The notes under the pieces were generated by a model that was given only the letters and a program-made list of their open reading frames with translations, was not told the DNA's origin and did no database searches. A DNA stretch of 64,000 bases from Takakia lepidozioides (taxonomy: Eukaryota > Plantae > Bryophyta): NCBI GenBank assembly GCA_030704615.1, contig CM060733.1:65782001-65846000 (forward strand), given 5' to 3'. Shown piece by piece: positions 37,901 through 50,475 of the stretch. The translations under genes were made by a program, and so were the position numbers. Every line of letters begins with the position of its first letter. Position 1 is the stretch's first letter.

Positions 37901-40900
37901 TGCAGGGCTGAGGTCATCAGAAAAGCACACGGTCAATATTTCAGTGAGGAGGTAAGGCCTTTTACCTGAGGACCTGCTCCCTTTAAATATATCCTCCTGG
38001 ATCCTGTCAGTCAAATTGGAGGAGATGTTTGCCATCTATGTGTACTGCTACGAGAGTCTGCAGTGGTGGACAGCTAGAAATATCATTGAAAATGTTGTTT
38101 GCCTTGGGGCATAGCTTTGATTGCTCAAGTTGCTTCCTGATCTCTAGTGGTTGATCTGTCTCTGACCTCTATAGAACTCTCTCTCAGCTCCTCTCCTCTT
38201 TTATACAGTCTCGTCTTTTGCCCCTCTCTATTTATGTTCAGAGTTTTCAATTTTCAGTAGGCGTCCTGGAATATAGAGTCCCTTGTCCCTACTTCTTATC
38301 CCTCTATATTATGGCAAGGAGGGGTCAACTCTGAGGTCAAGAAAACCATGCTTTGTCGCATTATTAGACCTGCCTTGGAGTACGGATCTGCTATATGGGT
38401 TGATAACTCCAACCAGGCTAAGTCTCTAGAATCCATTCAAGTGGGGGTGCTTAAGGAGTGTATGTCAGCATGCTCCAAAACAGCCAATGTGGCTGTTCGG
38501 GGTGAGTTTGGCATTCCGTCCTTAAGCTCCCGACGAGATGAATTCAAGGTCAGATGGTGGGGTCAGCTGCAACATATGTCCAACACCAGATATCCTAAGT
38601 TAATCGACTCTATATCTTGGAAACAGGACCGCCCTGTCAAACAGGCTAAGTCCTGGCAGAAGAGAGTAGAAGAGATTCTCAAGGACCTGGACCTGGATCC
38701 GCAAGTCTTGACCCTGCTGGATAAATCTGACTTAGAGTGCTGTAGCCATGTCTGTTGCCATGAGATTGTCTGATGAAAATGAAGTTCGGCAGAAAACTTC
38801 CCTGAACTTGTTTCCAGTCAGTGACATGGGGGAGGACATCTTGGATGACCTCAAGGGTCTACCCACTCTCGGCACTAGACTGAAATTTAAACTCAGGGCA
38901 GGAAGCCTACCTTTGAACAGCAAACAGAAGCAGAGAGGAAAGGGAGAGTGCAATTGCCCGTTGTGTGGGCAATCTGAAGACAGTATTCATTTTCTGATAC
39001 ACTGTCCGGGGTTCTCTCACCAAAGAGACGCTCTCTTCAATTCTATCAAGGGAATTGTGCCTGTACCCTTGTTTACCAACTTTGAAAGTCTCGAGGCTGA
39101 GCCAAAAGCCCAGGCCCTCCTGAGGCCTAGTTTTTGGGCAAATCACACACAGCAGATTGATGCTTGTGTGAAGGGATTTCTAGAGGATATCTGGAAAACC
39201 CGGATTAATTCTTTATATGAAGGTAAGTCTTACTACCAACGTCAGCCCTTGACAGAGATAGGTTCTGTCCCTTTTGTTCCCGCTCAAACTGGGCGCGGGG
39301 TCAATGGCCACAAGGCTACGGCAAACAACGTCTTATGAGTACAATATATTATGGCAAGGAAGTAACTCCATGTTACTACTGCTATGAGACTTTCACAAGT
39401 TCAATTTTCCAGTGGCACTGTACCATCCTTGAGCTTATGACAGAGACTCCTGATTGTTTATGTTGACATAAAGTTTTTCAGTCCCAACAAGCTGTCCCTG
39501 TATTCTGTGACGAGTATATAAGGATGTACAAAACACCCTGGGGATTTGTCTGTAGAGATCTTATCCTCTGAGACAGGTCATTCTCAGAGATCTTATCCTC
39601 TACAATATGACCTTGTGTTTAGACACTTTTGAAGTGGATGGCTCAGCTGCTTTTGGCTGTCGATTATCTGCATTCGAATCATGTTCTTCACCGGGATCTC
39701 AAAGTATGTCCCTGGCTTTTTAGTGCTATTCTGTTCTCCACTTTTTCCTTGAATATTAGAAGATGAAGCCGCTCTGTATCTCTTTATCTCTGATGTTGTA
39801 TTTCTTTGGCGGTTTAAGGTAACAGGCACCGCTTCCTTGTCGCTGCTCCTCCATTTTTTGTCTGCTGGCTGCCAGCCAATATTCACCAAGTCTCTCTCTG
39901 TCCCGCACATTTGTTCGAAGGACTAATGTTAACGACTGTTGCATGATTCTTCTCAGTGTTCAAACATTTTTCTTACGAAGGAGCATGAGGTTCGACTTGG
40001 TAAGTCTTAATAGCTGCAAAACCACTTCTATTTTTTGTCAAAGAGTAACTCACAACCATTGTATGCTACATTTCTTCAAACTAGAGGTATTTGTTGCACT
40101 CTTGCTTGTGCTTGGGTTCCATCTTCCTATTTCTCAACATGTGCCAAGAAAGGCAGTCTCTCTGCCACTTCAGAAAGTGCTCTGCTCATAGATGTAAGCC
40201 ACTTGCAGGAGACTTTGGATTGGCAAAGATGCTTAACAAGGACGATCTTGCCTCGTCTGTGAGTGCTCTTGCCTCACTGCCACCAGACATGAAAATCATC
40301 ACACATTGTCTGTTAAAGAACTTCATTCTGCTATGTTATATTTCATTTTCACCAAGAGATTGCCAGGTGTTTTTCTGGTGTGTGTACTGTCTGAATCCAG
40401 TATTGAAAGCATCTTTTGCCAATGGCAGGTGGTTGGCACCCCAAACTACATGTGTCCAGAGCTTCTTGCAGATATTCCATATGGATTCAAATCTGACATC
40501 TGGTCACTAGGTATGTCTTTGTCTTACAAGGTGTGATCAGTGTTTTCCATCGTTTTCCTATCTAGATTGGGCCGAATGATGGTGTGGATATGGGCTATCA
40601 CAATCCTTCCCCAAGAACCCTCGGAGCTTGCTGTAATTTCTAGTCTCTCCAGACCATACTGTTTGTTCTTAGAAAAGGCCGTGGGAGCATGAAGAATTTG
40701 AATGTAATTTCAACACCATTGCGCAGCAAGCAGTTGAACCTCTTATTTCAACCTCCGAGAGAAAAACTTGTATAGAGACTTGGCTGAGGGGCCTCTTGCT
40801 GAAGACTATTGTTCTGAAGTGACAGACGGGTAACACGCATACCTTTGCCTACTCCATGCAATTCCTTGCATGAGGATTCCATGCACAGACTTGATGGTGG

Positions 40901-43900
40901 TGCAATGTGGATGCAGTTCTGCTGCTGGTAAACTTTGCATTTAGAGAAATAATGTGGAGGTCATTGTGTAGTTAACCTACCTTTCGATTTACATATTTCT
41001 CTATAAAATAGCTCTGGATGGTTGTGTTGGCAGTCATTTCCTTGAGTACTTTGAAATGTGTGTGCAAACATTTAATGGCTTTCTTAACACTGCATTAAGG
41101 GCTGTGCAGGCTGCTGTCTATATGAAATGACAGCCCATCGGCCTGCCTTCAAAGCCTTTGTAAGTCGTATTTCAGTTCTTTCACTCCACTAGATTGATGG
41201 TCTAACCCTCCTCATGGTGTGTCTATATGCCCATAGTTGGTAGACTAGGTAGGTTGCAATCTGTCCAACTACTGCAAGTATATATTGCCCAAAACACCAT
41301 GCGGTGAAACGGAGAGCAATCTCCTTGGCTGAATTGAAATTTGACACATATAATGGATCATTTCCTTTACTCGCTCCAAAAGTTTATACAGAGGTTCTTA
41401 CTCGCTATTTGTACTACTCAGGACATGCAAGGACTTATCAGTAAGATAAATAGATCCACTATTGGGCCTCTACCGAGCAACTATTCCAGCCCTCTGTGAG
41501 TGTTCCCCTCTGTACACCACCTCCTCTGAAAGATATCCAGTTGTTCCCAAATACTTCAAGAAAGTCATCTGTAAGGAGCATGCGGTCTTGTATGTATCAA
41601 TGAAAAGAAGCACCCCAGTATTCCACCATGTGTAGCTGAAAATTCATGTACTTCGATGTTAATTCTTTCCTAATGTGTCTTGAGTGGCTGCTGGTGCAGG
41701 AAAAGCATCATCAGAAGCATGTTGAGGAAGAATCCCGAGCACCGGCCAACAGTGGGTCTTCCTTTCCTAACCCACCACAGTGAAACCCAACCTAATGACT
41801 ATAATGTAATCTAAAAACAGGAAAACATGCCTCAAAACAGCTAGGGCTGAACTCTGAACATAAGGGCTATTTTTATTGCTAGTCTTGTAACCCTTGCAGT
41901 GCTTCAGAAAATCTGGTTGAGTTGCTGCTGTTACACAGTATGCCATGTATATCCTTCCTGAAGCTTTACTGGGAAGGAACTTGGGATTGTACTTTTTGAA
42001 AAAACAGGTTGCTCAACCTATCATAGCAATCTCATATGTAGCCGTCTGAGTCCAACTTTGAGGTCTGTGGGTTCTTTGAGCTCAAAGTACTGCACGGTGT
42101 ATGGCTTACCACAGGCTTGGGTATTTTCCACTGTTCCAAGGGCTCAATAGGTGGAAGTTGGACTCCTGTCTTCAACCTAATTTGGGAAGCGAGAGGAAGC
42201 TGAATGAGGAGGCACCAGAGTACATGCCCTAGAAAACCCTCACTTGCACTGAATTCTGTGTCTCAGATTTGATTCTGTGCTGGCAGGCTGCAGAGCTGAT
42301 AAGGCATCCACATCTGCAACCATATATACTCAAATGCCGGTGGCAAGCTGACTTTCACTGCCCAACACCAGACCCACCAATGAGAAAAAGCCACCTGGCC
42401 CAGCTTAGCATGGATGCAAGCAATGATACCATCAGTGACAGGGACAGCTTCACCACGAGCGCCAAAAGCAGCCCAGAGAGGGCCTCTGAGTATGATGAAA
42501 TGATTGATCCAGCACTGCATAATGATGGTGTTCTTGATTCGATATGGCAGTATGACTGCCTGGGCAAGGAAGCTTCTAGGTGAGCTAATCCACACCGACA
42601 GCTACTCAGTCAATGGCCTCACACAAAATGTATTGGATGATGTGACAAGACTTTTGAGAGCTGCACTTTTTTCGCAAGTAAATCTTTCCATCTGCCATGT
42701 TTCGAATGGGCTCTGGATGTGATCCTGGGAAGTGGGGAAGCCATAATGGATGGGGGCCATTCATAACAAGCTAATATTTGCATCCAGCAAGCTGGCTACT
42801 GTAGTTAAATTCCAAGAGATCAGAACTCCATCAGAATAAAAGTGGACTTGTTGTGTTGCCTTGCTTGCAATTGGCATTCAACCCGAAAGAATTTTACCGA
42901 ACAATAGCAAGAGAAGGGTAGCGTATCTTGCATTCAATTTGCATATTCTATTGATGATAATCTGAACTTGTATATACACTTTCTTGTGTTGTGGCTTTTA
43001 GATCTTCTAGCCAGGGCCTTGCCTCTGCACTCCATGCTCTTAGTCCGGTCTTAATGCCAGAACGAGAATGGACCGAAGAGCAATCTACCGCTGCGCAGTA
43101 CGCAATCAATATGCTTCATCCTAGGAATGATCCAGCCACAAGGGACAGGCAAGAAGAGAAAAATGGGCATTTGTCAGCACAGAGTACACCCAGACCTCAT
43201 CGCATGAGCCAGGGACCTCCTATTGCCGAGAGCCCCTCAACTCCAGCTGGCAAAGTTGTTCATGGATTGAGGATGAAGATTGATACCTACGGTAGAAAAA
43301 CTCCTCCAGGGCCTCAACTAAGACAGCATGTAAGCTTCTCCATCTTGGGTATTTACGGTGAAAACCAAGAATGTGCTTCATTGATGGAGTGGCAGTTGAT
43401 TTTTTTCAGACCACCTCTTGTGCTGCTGGGAGCTATTCCATTTTGGGTAGCAAAGCTACTATCCTCCAAGTGGTTCATGATCGTGAAGTTCATTGACAGT
43501 GTGTATTGGTTTTTGGCAGCACCTGACCCCGGACACAGTGAAGAATAAATGGCGGCAAGATGGGCTGCCACCAGCTTTATCTAATAAAGGGCAGGTAAGT
43601 TCTGAGGAGGATACGATCCTGAAGAAACAGCGTACACCAGGCAGCCCTGCTGTGGTGACCCCAAGAAGATCATCTCTCCCACTTGCGCACAAGTCTGCTA
43701 CACCTCGCAGGAGCTCACCTTCTGTCAGTGGCCGAGGCAGCGCCGTAGCAATCGCCAGTCCTCAAATCCGTACACAGGTGGCAATAAGTGGACCTCACCC
43801 ACAATCACCATTGCATGAGGGCGATGGATTTGGAGCACGGGCTTCAGAAACTGCCAAAGCCTCGCTCCATTCTCGCATTTCGACTATCCCAAGGGGGGTT

Positions 43901-44908
43901 ATATCCCATCAAGGAGATTCCAAGGACGTCACAGTGTCTCGTTCTAATACCACTGATCGGGGAGACACTATACAAGATCGAGGACTGAGAAATGACCATT
44001 CCCCCAACGTCTCTGTCAATGCTCCTCGATTGGACCTGATACCGGAGTTCAATTTAACCACAAGTGACTGCATAAATGAGGCATATCCAAGTTCATCTTC
44101 CACTCAGGAGGTGAAGAGGCTGGGGGAATGCCCCAAGTCATCAAACACAGTGGGGCCAACGTCATCGCGGAGTCATGTTACCATCAAATCTCCTAGCTCT
44201 TCTTTCTCAGAAACCACTGAGCAGGTTAGTGAGCCTTTCTTGCCTGCCCTCTCAACCCAGAAAGAAGTAGGAATGGTTGTTCTACCTGGGCCAGAATCTG
44301 CCAAGCCATCAATGACATCAGATTTGGATGGAGATTTGGATAGTAAATTGCAGGAAAAGGGAACCATTCAGATCCATGAAAAACCGACAGTCTCATCAGC
44401 AGCATGTCCACCAGCAGTGCGTCCAGCATTCGACGTAATCCACGTCATCCGGCATAGTACATTCCGACTTGGCGATGAGTCACTTTCAGAGGCTGAAAGT
44501 GGTGGTATGGGTGAGACTGATTTGCATGAAAAGATGGATGTTGAACCTTTTGACAGGAAAATGGATATTGGCTCTTTACTAGACCTTCCACAGCAAGGCT
44601 CAGATGTAAAGGTGGTGTCTGTCTCTCCGGGCAGCAGTGTTACCAGCTGCCATAACTCCCATGCAGGTCATGGGGACATGGGCCACGGGGGAAGGGGCCT
44701 AGATGTGAGGTCCTATCGGCAAAGAGCCGAGGCCTTGGAAGGGTTGTTGGAGCTCTCCGCACAGCTGCTATGCCAGCACCGGCTAGAGGAGCTTGCAATT
44801 GTGTTGAAGCCCTTTGGACGGGGCAAGGTTTCTCCACGAGAGACTGCTATTTGGCTGACCAAGAGCCTCAAAGGAATGTTGGGTGATGATCAACACGGTG
44901 TCTCCTGA
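31977..44908 (+). CDS. NEK6: NIMA-related serine/threonine kinase, plant NEK6-like (15 coding exons, about 921 aa)
   Basis: Exons 31977-32074, 32497-32563, 37307-37372, 37495-37541, 37906-37951, 39623-39703, 39957-39999, 40209-40258, 40429-40510, 41110-41159, 41422-41495, 41700-41751, 42287-42579, 43002-43329, 43520-44908. All introns are GT-AG and the total is 2766 nt in frame. Motifs: [78 protein letters not shown], and the plant NEK C-terminal [15 protein letters not shown]...[15 protein letters not shown]. Confidence 0.96.
32754..33128. mobile_element. Solo LTR (375 bp) nested in the 5' end of the LINE
   Basis: TG...CA termini (TGTCCTC...CATCAACA) flanked by the 5-bp TSD CTCCC at 32749-32753 and 33129-33133. 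Confidence 0.8.
33282..33680 (+). repeat. Three ~120-140 bp tandem units in the LINE 5' region
   Basis: CAG.CAGA.GGACAATCTG.CCCTAAGTGT...ACCAATCCTCAA.GT.TACAC at about 33282, 33425 and 33541. Confidence 0.85.
38321..39344 (+). mobile_element. 5'-truncated copy of the same LINE in NEK intron 5
   Basis: 16-bp TSD TATATTATGGCAAGGA at 38305-38320 and 39345-39360. Near-identical to about 36326-37252, with the same 3' end ..AACGTCTTATGAGTACA. Confidence 0.95.
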
Positions 44909-45519
44909 ATTGGTACTGGTTTGGTCGTTTTATGGTGCATCATGGTGAGTCTTCATGGAAGCTTGATCAGGATGGTGACTGTATGAAGTGCGGGTGTGAT
45001 ACATGCACTTCATGGAATGTGTATGTGGATTGAATTCTGGAGGCGTCTTGCATGGGCAACACATTTGTAATCTACAAATTGATGGCTAGTTGCATCTGTT
45101 TTTCACTAGGAATGGGTGTATGGCTTGTACTTCAGCAAATCTTTTCTGGTGAGGGATGGGTGGGATTTGCCTTGAAATCCTAAGTCAAATGACTTCGTCA
45201 GTTCACAATAAGCGAAGATGGATCTAAAATGGAAGGTCTGCGATTGGTATCTGTTTTGGTGTTTGATTTTTTGTAAGGGGCAAGAGTCCCAGTGGAAATA
45301 AAGTACTGCACAATTACCCGTAAGTGAGAAAAGTTCAGGTTCAGTTGCGCATCATAGTTGGCAATCATTTGACATATAGGAGAGTGATGGCTAACCTATC
45401 ATGCTCAATGTAAGTACTTCAGACAGAACTAACTGACAATCATGGCCCACCTGAGGGTCTTCCAAAATTCTGTAATGTGTGTGGGTTGGCCATGTTCATT
45501 TCAAGTGGCATGGCTTGGT

Positions 45520-46500
45520 TCACCAATAATCCCCACAAGAACAGACCCCATCTTGGAAGTGGTGAAAGCGGTTGGCATCCCGTACAACAAGTTCTCGCTC
45601 AACAATCTTGGAGATGAACTTGGTGGCAATGTGGCAGTCATCACACAGCTGACAGTCTGTGATGACATGAAGGGGTGTTCTAGGGGGTGTGCTGATGAGC
45701 CCAAAGGCAATTGCCAGCTTCTCACTGTGGTGCCAATGAGAAAATTGCTCTTGCTCCTCCACATCATGCAATACAAACTGTGTGTCAGGCATGTGCCCAG
45801 CCTCCTTCATCTGCCCAGACAATCTCTGCATCTCAGCATAGATCTCCTCAATTTGTGGATGCATTTCGTCTCCTACAATGAAATTATGCACCTGGTTATT
45901 CACTTCAATGAAGCTGCGTCCTAGGTCTTTTTTTATACATGTGTCCTCCATCATCTGGGTCGCCTTAGCTTTATCCTCCCACCCACCACCAGCAGCATAG
46001 ATGTTTGACAGTAGCACATAAGCTGCAGGATGTGGTGGATCCAACTCGAGAATCGGTTCTGCAGCCTCTTCTGCTAGTTTCACCGTGAATTCTGCAGGCA
46101 CCAAGAAAGGTCCGCCGCACCATAGCATCTGGTGGGATGGGCATTTCGTTGATAAAGTCTTTCGCAGCATCCAGTTGCCCTGCACGACCAAGAAGATAAC
46201 CATGCAGCTAAAATGCTCCACTGGGATGAGGCCATAGTCTCGCCTCATGGAATCAAAGTAGTGATGGCCTTCATCCATTAGTCCCCCACGGCTACATGCA
46301 CAGAGAAGAGAGGTGAATGTGATACTGTCCAGCTTGAAGCCTTCCTGTCAACATTTGCTCATAGAGTGTGAGAGCCTCTTCAGCACGCCCATGATGGGCA
46401 TATCATGGCAGTCCAGGAGACCACAGTTCGTCTGGGCATATTGTCAAACACTTGACGTGCATCCTTCGCGCTCCCAGATTTGGCATACATGTCAACAAGG
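45520..46500 (-). pseudogene. PLS-DYW PPR (C-to-U editing factor) C-terminal part with complete DYW domain; damaged
   Basis: [14 protein letters not shown]-box-like KKDLGRSFIEV, HSEKLAIAFGL, CDDCH, VRDANRFHHF.DG.CSCGDYW*. A compensated frameshift lies in the S2/E1 region, upstream PPR motifs are frameshifted, and there is no N-terminus. Confidence 0.9.
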
Positions 46501-46514
46501 GTGGTTCCCAACTA

Positions 46515-48260
46515 CTGTCAACATGTATGTTAAGTGCGGGAGCATCATGGATGCTCACCAAGTGTTCAACAGAATGCCTCAACGATCTTTGATCAGGTGG
46601 AATATAATGTTGGCAGGATTTACCAAGCATGGGTGTGGTACGAATGCTTTGGAGACCTATGAGCAAATGATGCGCGAAGGGGTGAAGCCCAACCACATCA
46701 CGTTAGTTTGTGTTTGCAATGCGTGTGCAAGCCTGGGAGCCCTGGAAAAGGGGAAAGAGGCCATGATGACATCGTCAAAGCTGGAGTTGTACCAGATGTC
46801 ATTCTGAACACTGCCCTGGTGGACATGTATGCCAAATGTGGGTGCATTAAGGATGCAAAGGCAGTTGTCAACAATATGGCTGAACGAGATGTGGTGTCGT
46901 GGAGTGCGATGCTTGCAGGGTATGCACAGCAGGGACGTGGGGTGGAGGCTTTGGAGACCTATGAGCAAATGATGGGGGAAGGGGTGAAGCCCAACCACAT
47001 CACATTTCTGTGCGTTTGCAATGCGTGTGCAATCCCGGCAGCTATGGAAAGGCCCATGGCGACATTGTCAGAGCTGGAATTGTACCCGATGTCATTCTGA
47101 ACAATGCCCTCGTGGACATGTATGCCAAATGTGGGAGCATCGAGGATGCGACGGCAGTGTTCCACAATATGGCTGAATGAAATGTGGTGTCGTGGAAACG
47201 CGATGCTTGCAGGATATGCACAGCAGGGGCGCAGGATGGAGGCTTTGAAGACCTATGAGCAAATGATGGTGGAAGGGGTGAAGCCCGACCACATCACGTC
47301 TGTGCGTTTGCAAGCCTGGCAGCACTGGAAAAGGGCAAAGAGGTGCATGGTTGCATCGCAAAAGCAGGAATTGTACTAATGTGATTCTGAACAAATACCC
47401 TCGTGGACATGTATGCAAAATGTGGGTGCATCGAGGATGCGGAGGGAGTGTTTGACAGTTTGGCTGAACGAAATTTGGTGTCGTGGAGTGCGATGATTGC
47501 AGGGTATGCACAGCAAGGGCGCGGGATGCAGGCTTTGGAGACCTATGAGCAAATGATGGGGGAAGTTGTATGCCCGACCACATCACGTTTGTTTCCGTTT
47601 GCAATGCCTGTGCAAGCCTGGCAGCCCTGGAAAAGGGCAAAGAGGTCCATGGTGACATCGTCAAAGCTGGAATTGTACACTGCCCTGGTGGACATGTATG
47701 CCAAATGTGTGTGCATTGAGGATGCGAAGGGAGTGTTCGACAATATGGCTGAACGAAATGTGCTGTGGTGGAATGCGATGATCGCAGGATATGCCTAGCA
47801 TGGTTGTCGTAGGGAGGTCCTGCAACTATTTGAAGGAATGCAAAAAAACGGCTTGAAGCCGGACTGTGTCACCTTTATATGTGTTCCCTTTGCATGCAGC
47901 CACACTGGCCTACTGAATGAAGGACGACGCTACTTTGATTCCCTGAGTCAAGATCATGGTGTCACTCCGACAGTAAAGCACTTTGGCTGCATGGTGGACC
48001 TTCTTGGATGTGCAGGACAACTGGATGAGGCAGTGGACCTGATTAATAAAATGCGAATCAATCCAGATGTTGTGGTGTGGAAGGCCTTGCTTGGTGCCTG
48101 TAGAATCCATGGCATTGTGGAGATGGCTGAACGTGCGGCAACATCTATCTTCAAGTGGGATGAACAGGATGCCGCGACTTATATGTTGCTATCAAACATC
48201 TATGCTGCAGCTGGCAGGTGGGATGATACTGCAAAAGGTGAGAAGAATGATGATTTACCA
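46515..48260 (+). pseudogene. PLS-E PPR pseudogene
   Basis: Repeated P (VVSWSAM.AGYAQQGRG.EALETYEQM..EGVKPN), L (ITF.C.CNACASL.ALEKGKEVH) and S (LVDMYAKCG.I.DA..VF) motifs, then E1/E2 ([13 protein letters not shown]; TYMLLSNIY). Many frameshifts. Confidence 0.9.
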
Positions 48261-48427
48261 AGCATGGGTGGTCAAATCCTCCATGGGTCGTGCCACAAGG
48301 TCAAGGTCAATGTGGTGAGGGCACCTTCTTCTTCGACCTATTTCAGCCTGTTTTTCCCTCTCATCGGACTCGGCCCTGAGATGCATACTGAATTGTCAAG
48401 GACAATGTGGTGAGGGCACCTTGATGT

Positions 48428-50475
48428 GGTGAGCAAATGATGCGCAAAGGGGTGAAGCCCAACCCCATCATGTTCATTTGTGTTTGCAATGCGTGTGCAA
48501 GCCTGGGAGCCCTGGAAAAGGGGAAAGAGGTCCATGATGACATCGTCAAAGCTGGAATTGTACCAGATGTCATTGTGAACACTACCCTGGTGGACATGTA
48601 TGCCAAATGTGGGTGCATTAAGGATGCGAAGGGAGTTTTCAACACTATGGCTGAACGAGATGTGGTGTCATGGAACACGATGCTTGCATGGTATCCACAG
48701 CAGGGACGTGGTATGGAGGCTTTGGAGACCTATGATCAAATGATGCGCAAAGGGGTGAAGCCCGACCACATCACGTTTCTGTGCATTTGCAATGCGTGTG
48801 CAAGCCTGGCAGCTCTGGAAAAGGGCAAAGAGGTCCATGGCGACATGGTCAGAGCTGAAGTTGTACCAAATGTCATTCTGAACAATACCCTCGTGGACAT
48901 GTATGAAGGGCGTGTTCGACAGTATGGCTGAACGAGATGTGGTGTCGTGGAGTGCGATGGTTGCAGGATATGCACAGCAAGGGCGCGGGATGGAGGCTTT
49001 GGAGACCTATGAGCGAAGGGGGTGAAGCCCAACCACATGACGTTTGTTTGCATTTGCAATGCGTGTGCAAGCCTGGCAGCCCTGGAAAAGTGCAAAGAGG
49101 TCCATGGTGACATTATGAAATCTAGAATAGAACCTGATGTCATTCTGAACACTGCCCTGGTGGACATGTATGTCAAATGTGGGTGCATCGAGGATGCAAA
49201 TGGAGTTTTTGACAGTATGGCTGAACGTGATGTGGTGTCGTGGAGTGTGATGATTGCAAGATATGCATAGCAAGGGTGCGGGTTGGAGGCTTTGGAGACC
49301 TATGGAGCAAATGATGTGCGAAGGGGTGAAAACCAACCACATCACATTTGTTTGTGTTTGCAATGCGTGTGAAAGCCTGGGAGCTCTAGAAAAATGGGAA
49401 AGAGGTCCATGGTGACATCGTCAAAGTTGGGATTGTACCAGATGTCATCCTGAACACTGCCCTGGTGGACATGTATGTCAAATGGGGGTGCATTAAGGAT
49501 GCGAAGGGAGTTAATTTCAGGATGAAGCCCAACCACATCACGTTTGTGTGCATTTGCAGTGCGTGTGCAAGCCTGGCAGCCCTGGAAAAGGGCAAAGAGG
49601 TGCATGGTTGCATCGCCAAAGCTGGAATTGTACCAGATGTGATTCTGAACAATACCCTCGAGGACATGTATGCCAAATGTGGGAGCATTGAGGATGCGGA
49701 GGGAGTGTTCAACAGTATGGCTGAACGAGATTTGGTGTCATGGAACGCCATGCTTGCAGGATATGCACAGCAGGGGCGCGGGATGGAGGCCTTGGAGACC
49801 TATGAGCAAATGATGGGGGAAGGGGTGAAGTGCAACCACATCAGTATCACCTTTATGTGTTCTCTCTGCATGCAGCCACACTGGCCTACTAAATGAAGGA
49901 AGACACTACTTCGATTCCCTGAGTCAAGTTCATGGTGTCACCCCGCCAGTAAAGCACTTTGGCTGCATGGTGGACATTCTGGACATGCGGGACAACTACA
50001 TGAGGCAGTGGACCTGATTAATAAAATGCCAATCAATCCAGATGTTGTGGTGTGGAAGGCCTTGCTTGGTGCCTGCAGAATCCATGGCAATGTGGAGATG
50101 GCTGAATGTGTGGCAACATCTATCCTCAAGTGGGATGAACAGGATGCCGCGACTTATGTGTTGCTATATCAAACATCTATGCTGCAGCTGGCAGGTGGGA
50201 TGATACTGCAAAGGTGAGAAGAATGATGAAGGTCAGAAGGGTTAGAAAGGAGCCAGATGACAAGTTGCATCCCAGAATTAAGGAAATCCATGCTGAGCTG
50301 AGAAGATTGTCTGGGCAGATGAAGGAGGCGGGGTATGTGCCTGACACACACTTTTTATTGCATGATGTGGAGGAAAGGAATTTTCTCTTTGCCACCACAG
50401 TGAGAAGCTGGCCATTGGTTTTGGGCTGATCAGCTTGACCCCTAGGACGCCTCTCCGTCTCATCAAGAATCTTCC
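48428..50475 (+). pseudogene. PLS-E+/truncated DYW PPR pseudogene
   Basis: Tandem P-L-S triplets, E domains, GYVPDT..LHDVEE, then [26 protein letters not shown], truncated. Frameshifts present. Confidence 0.9.
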
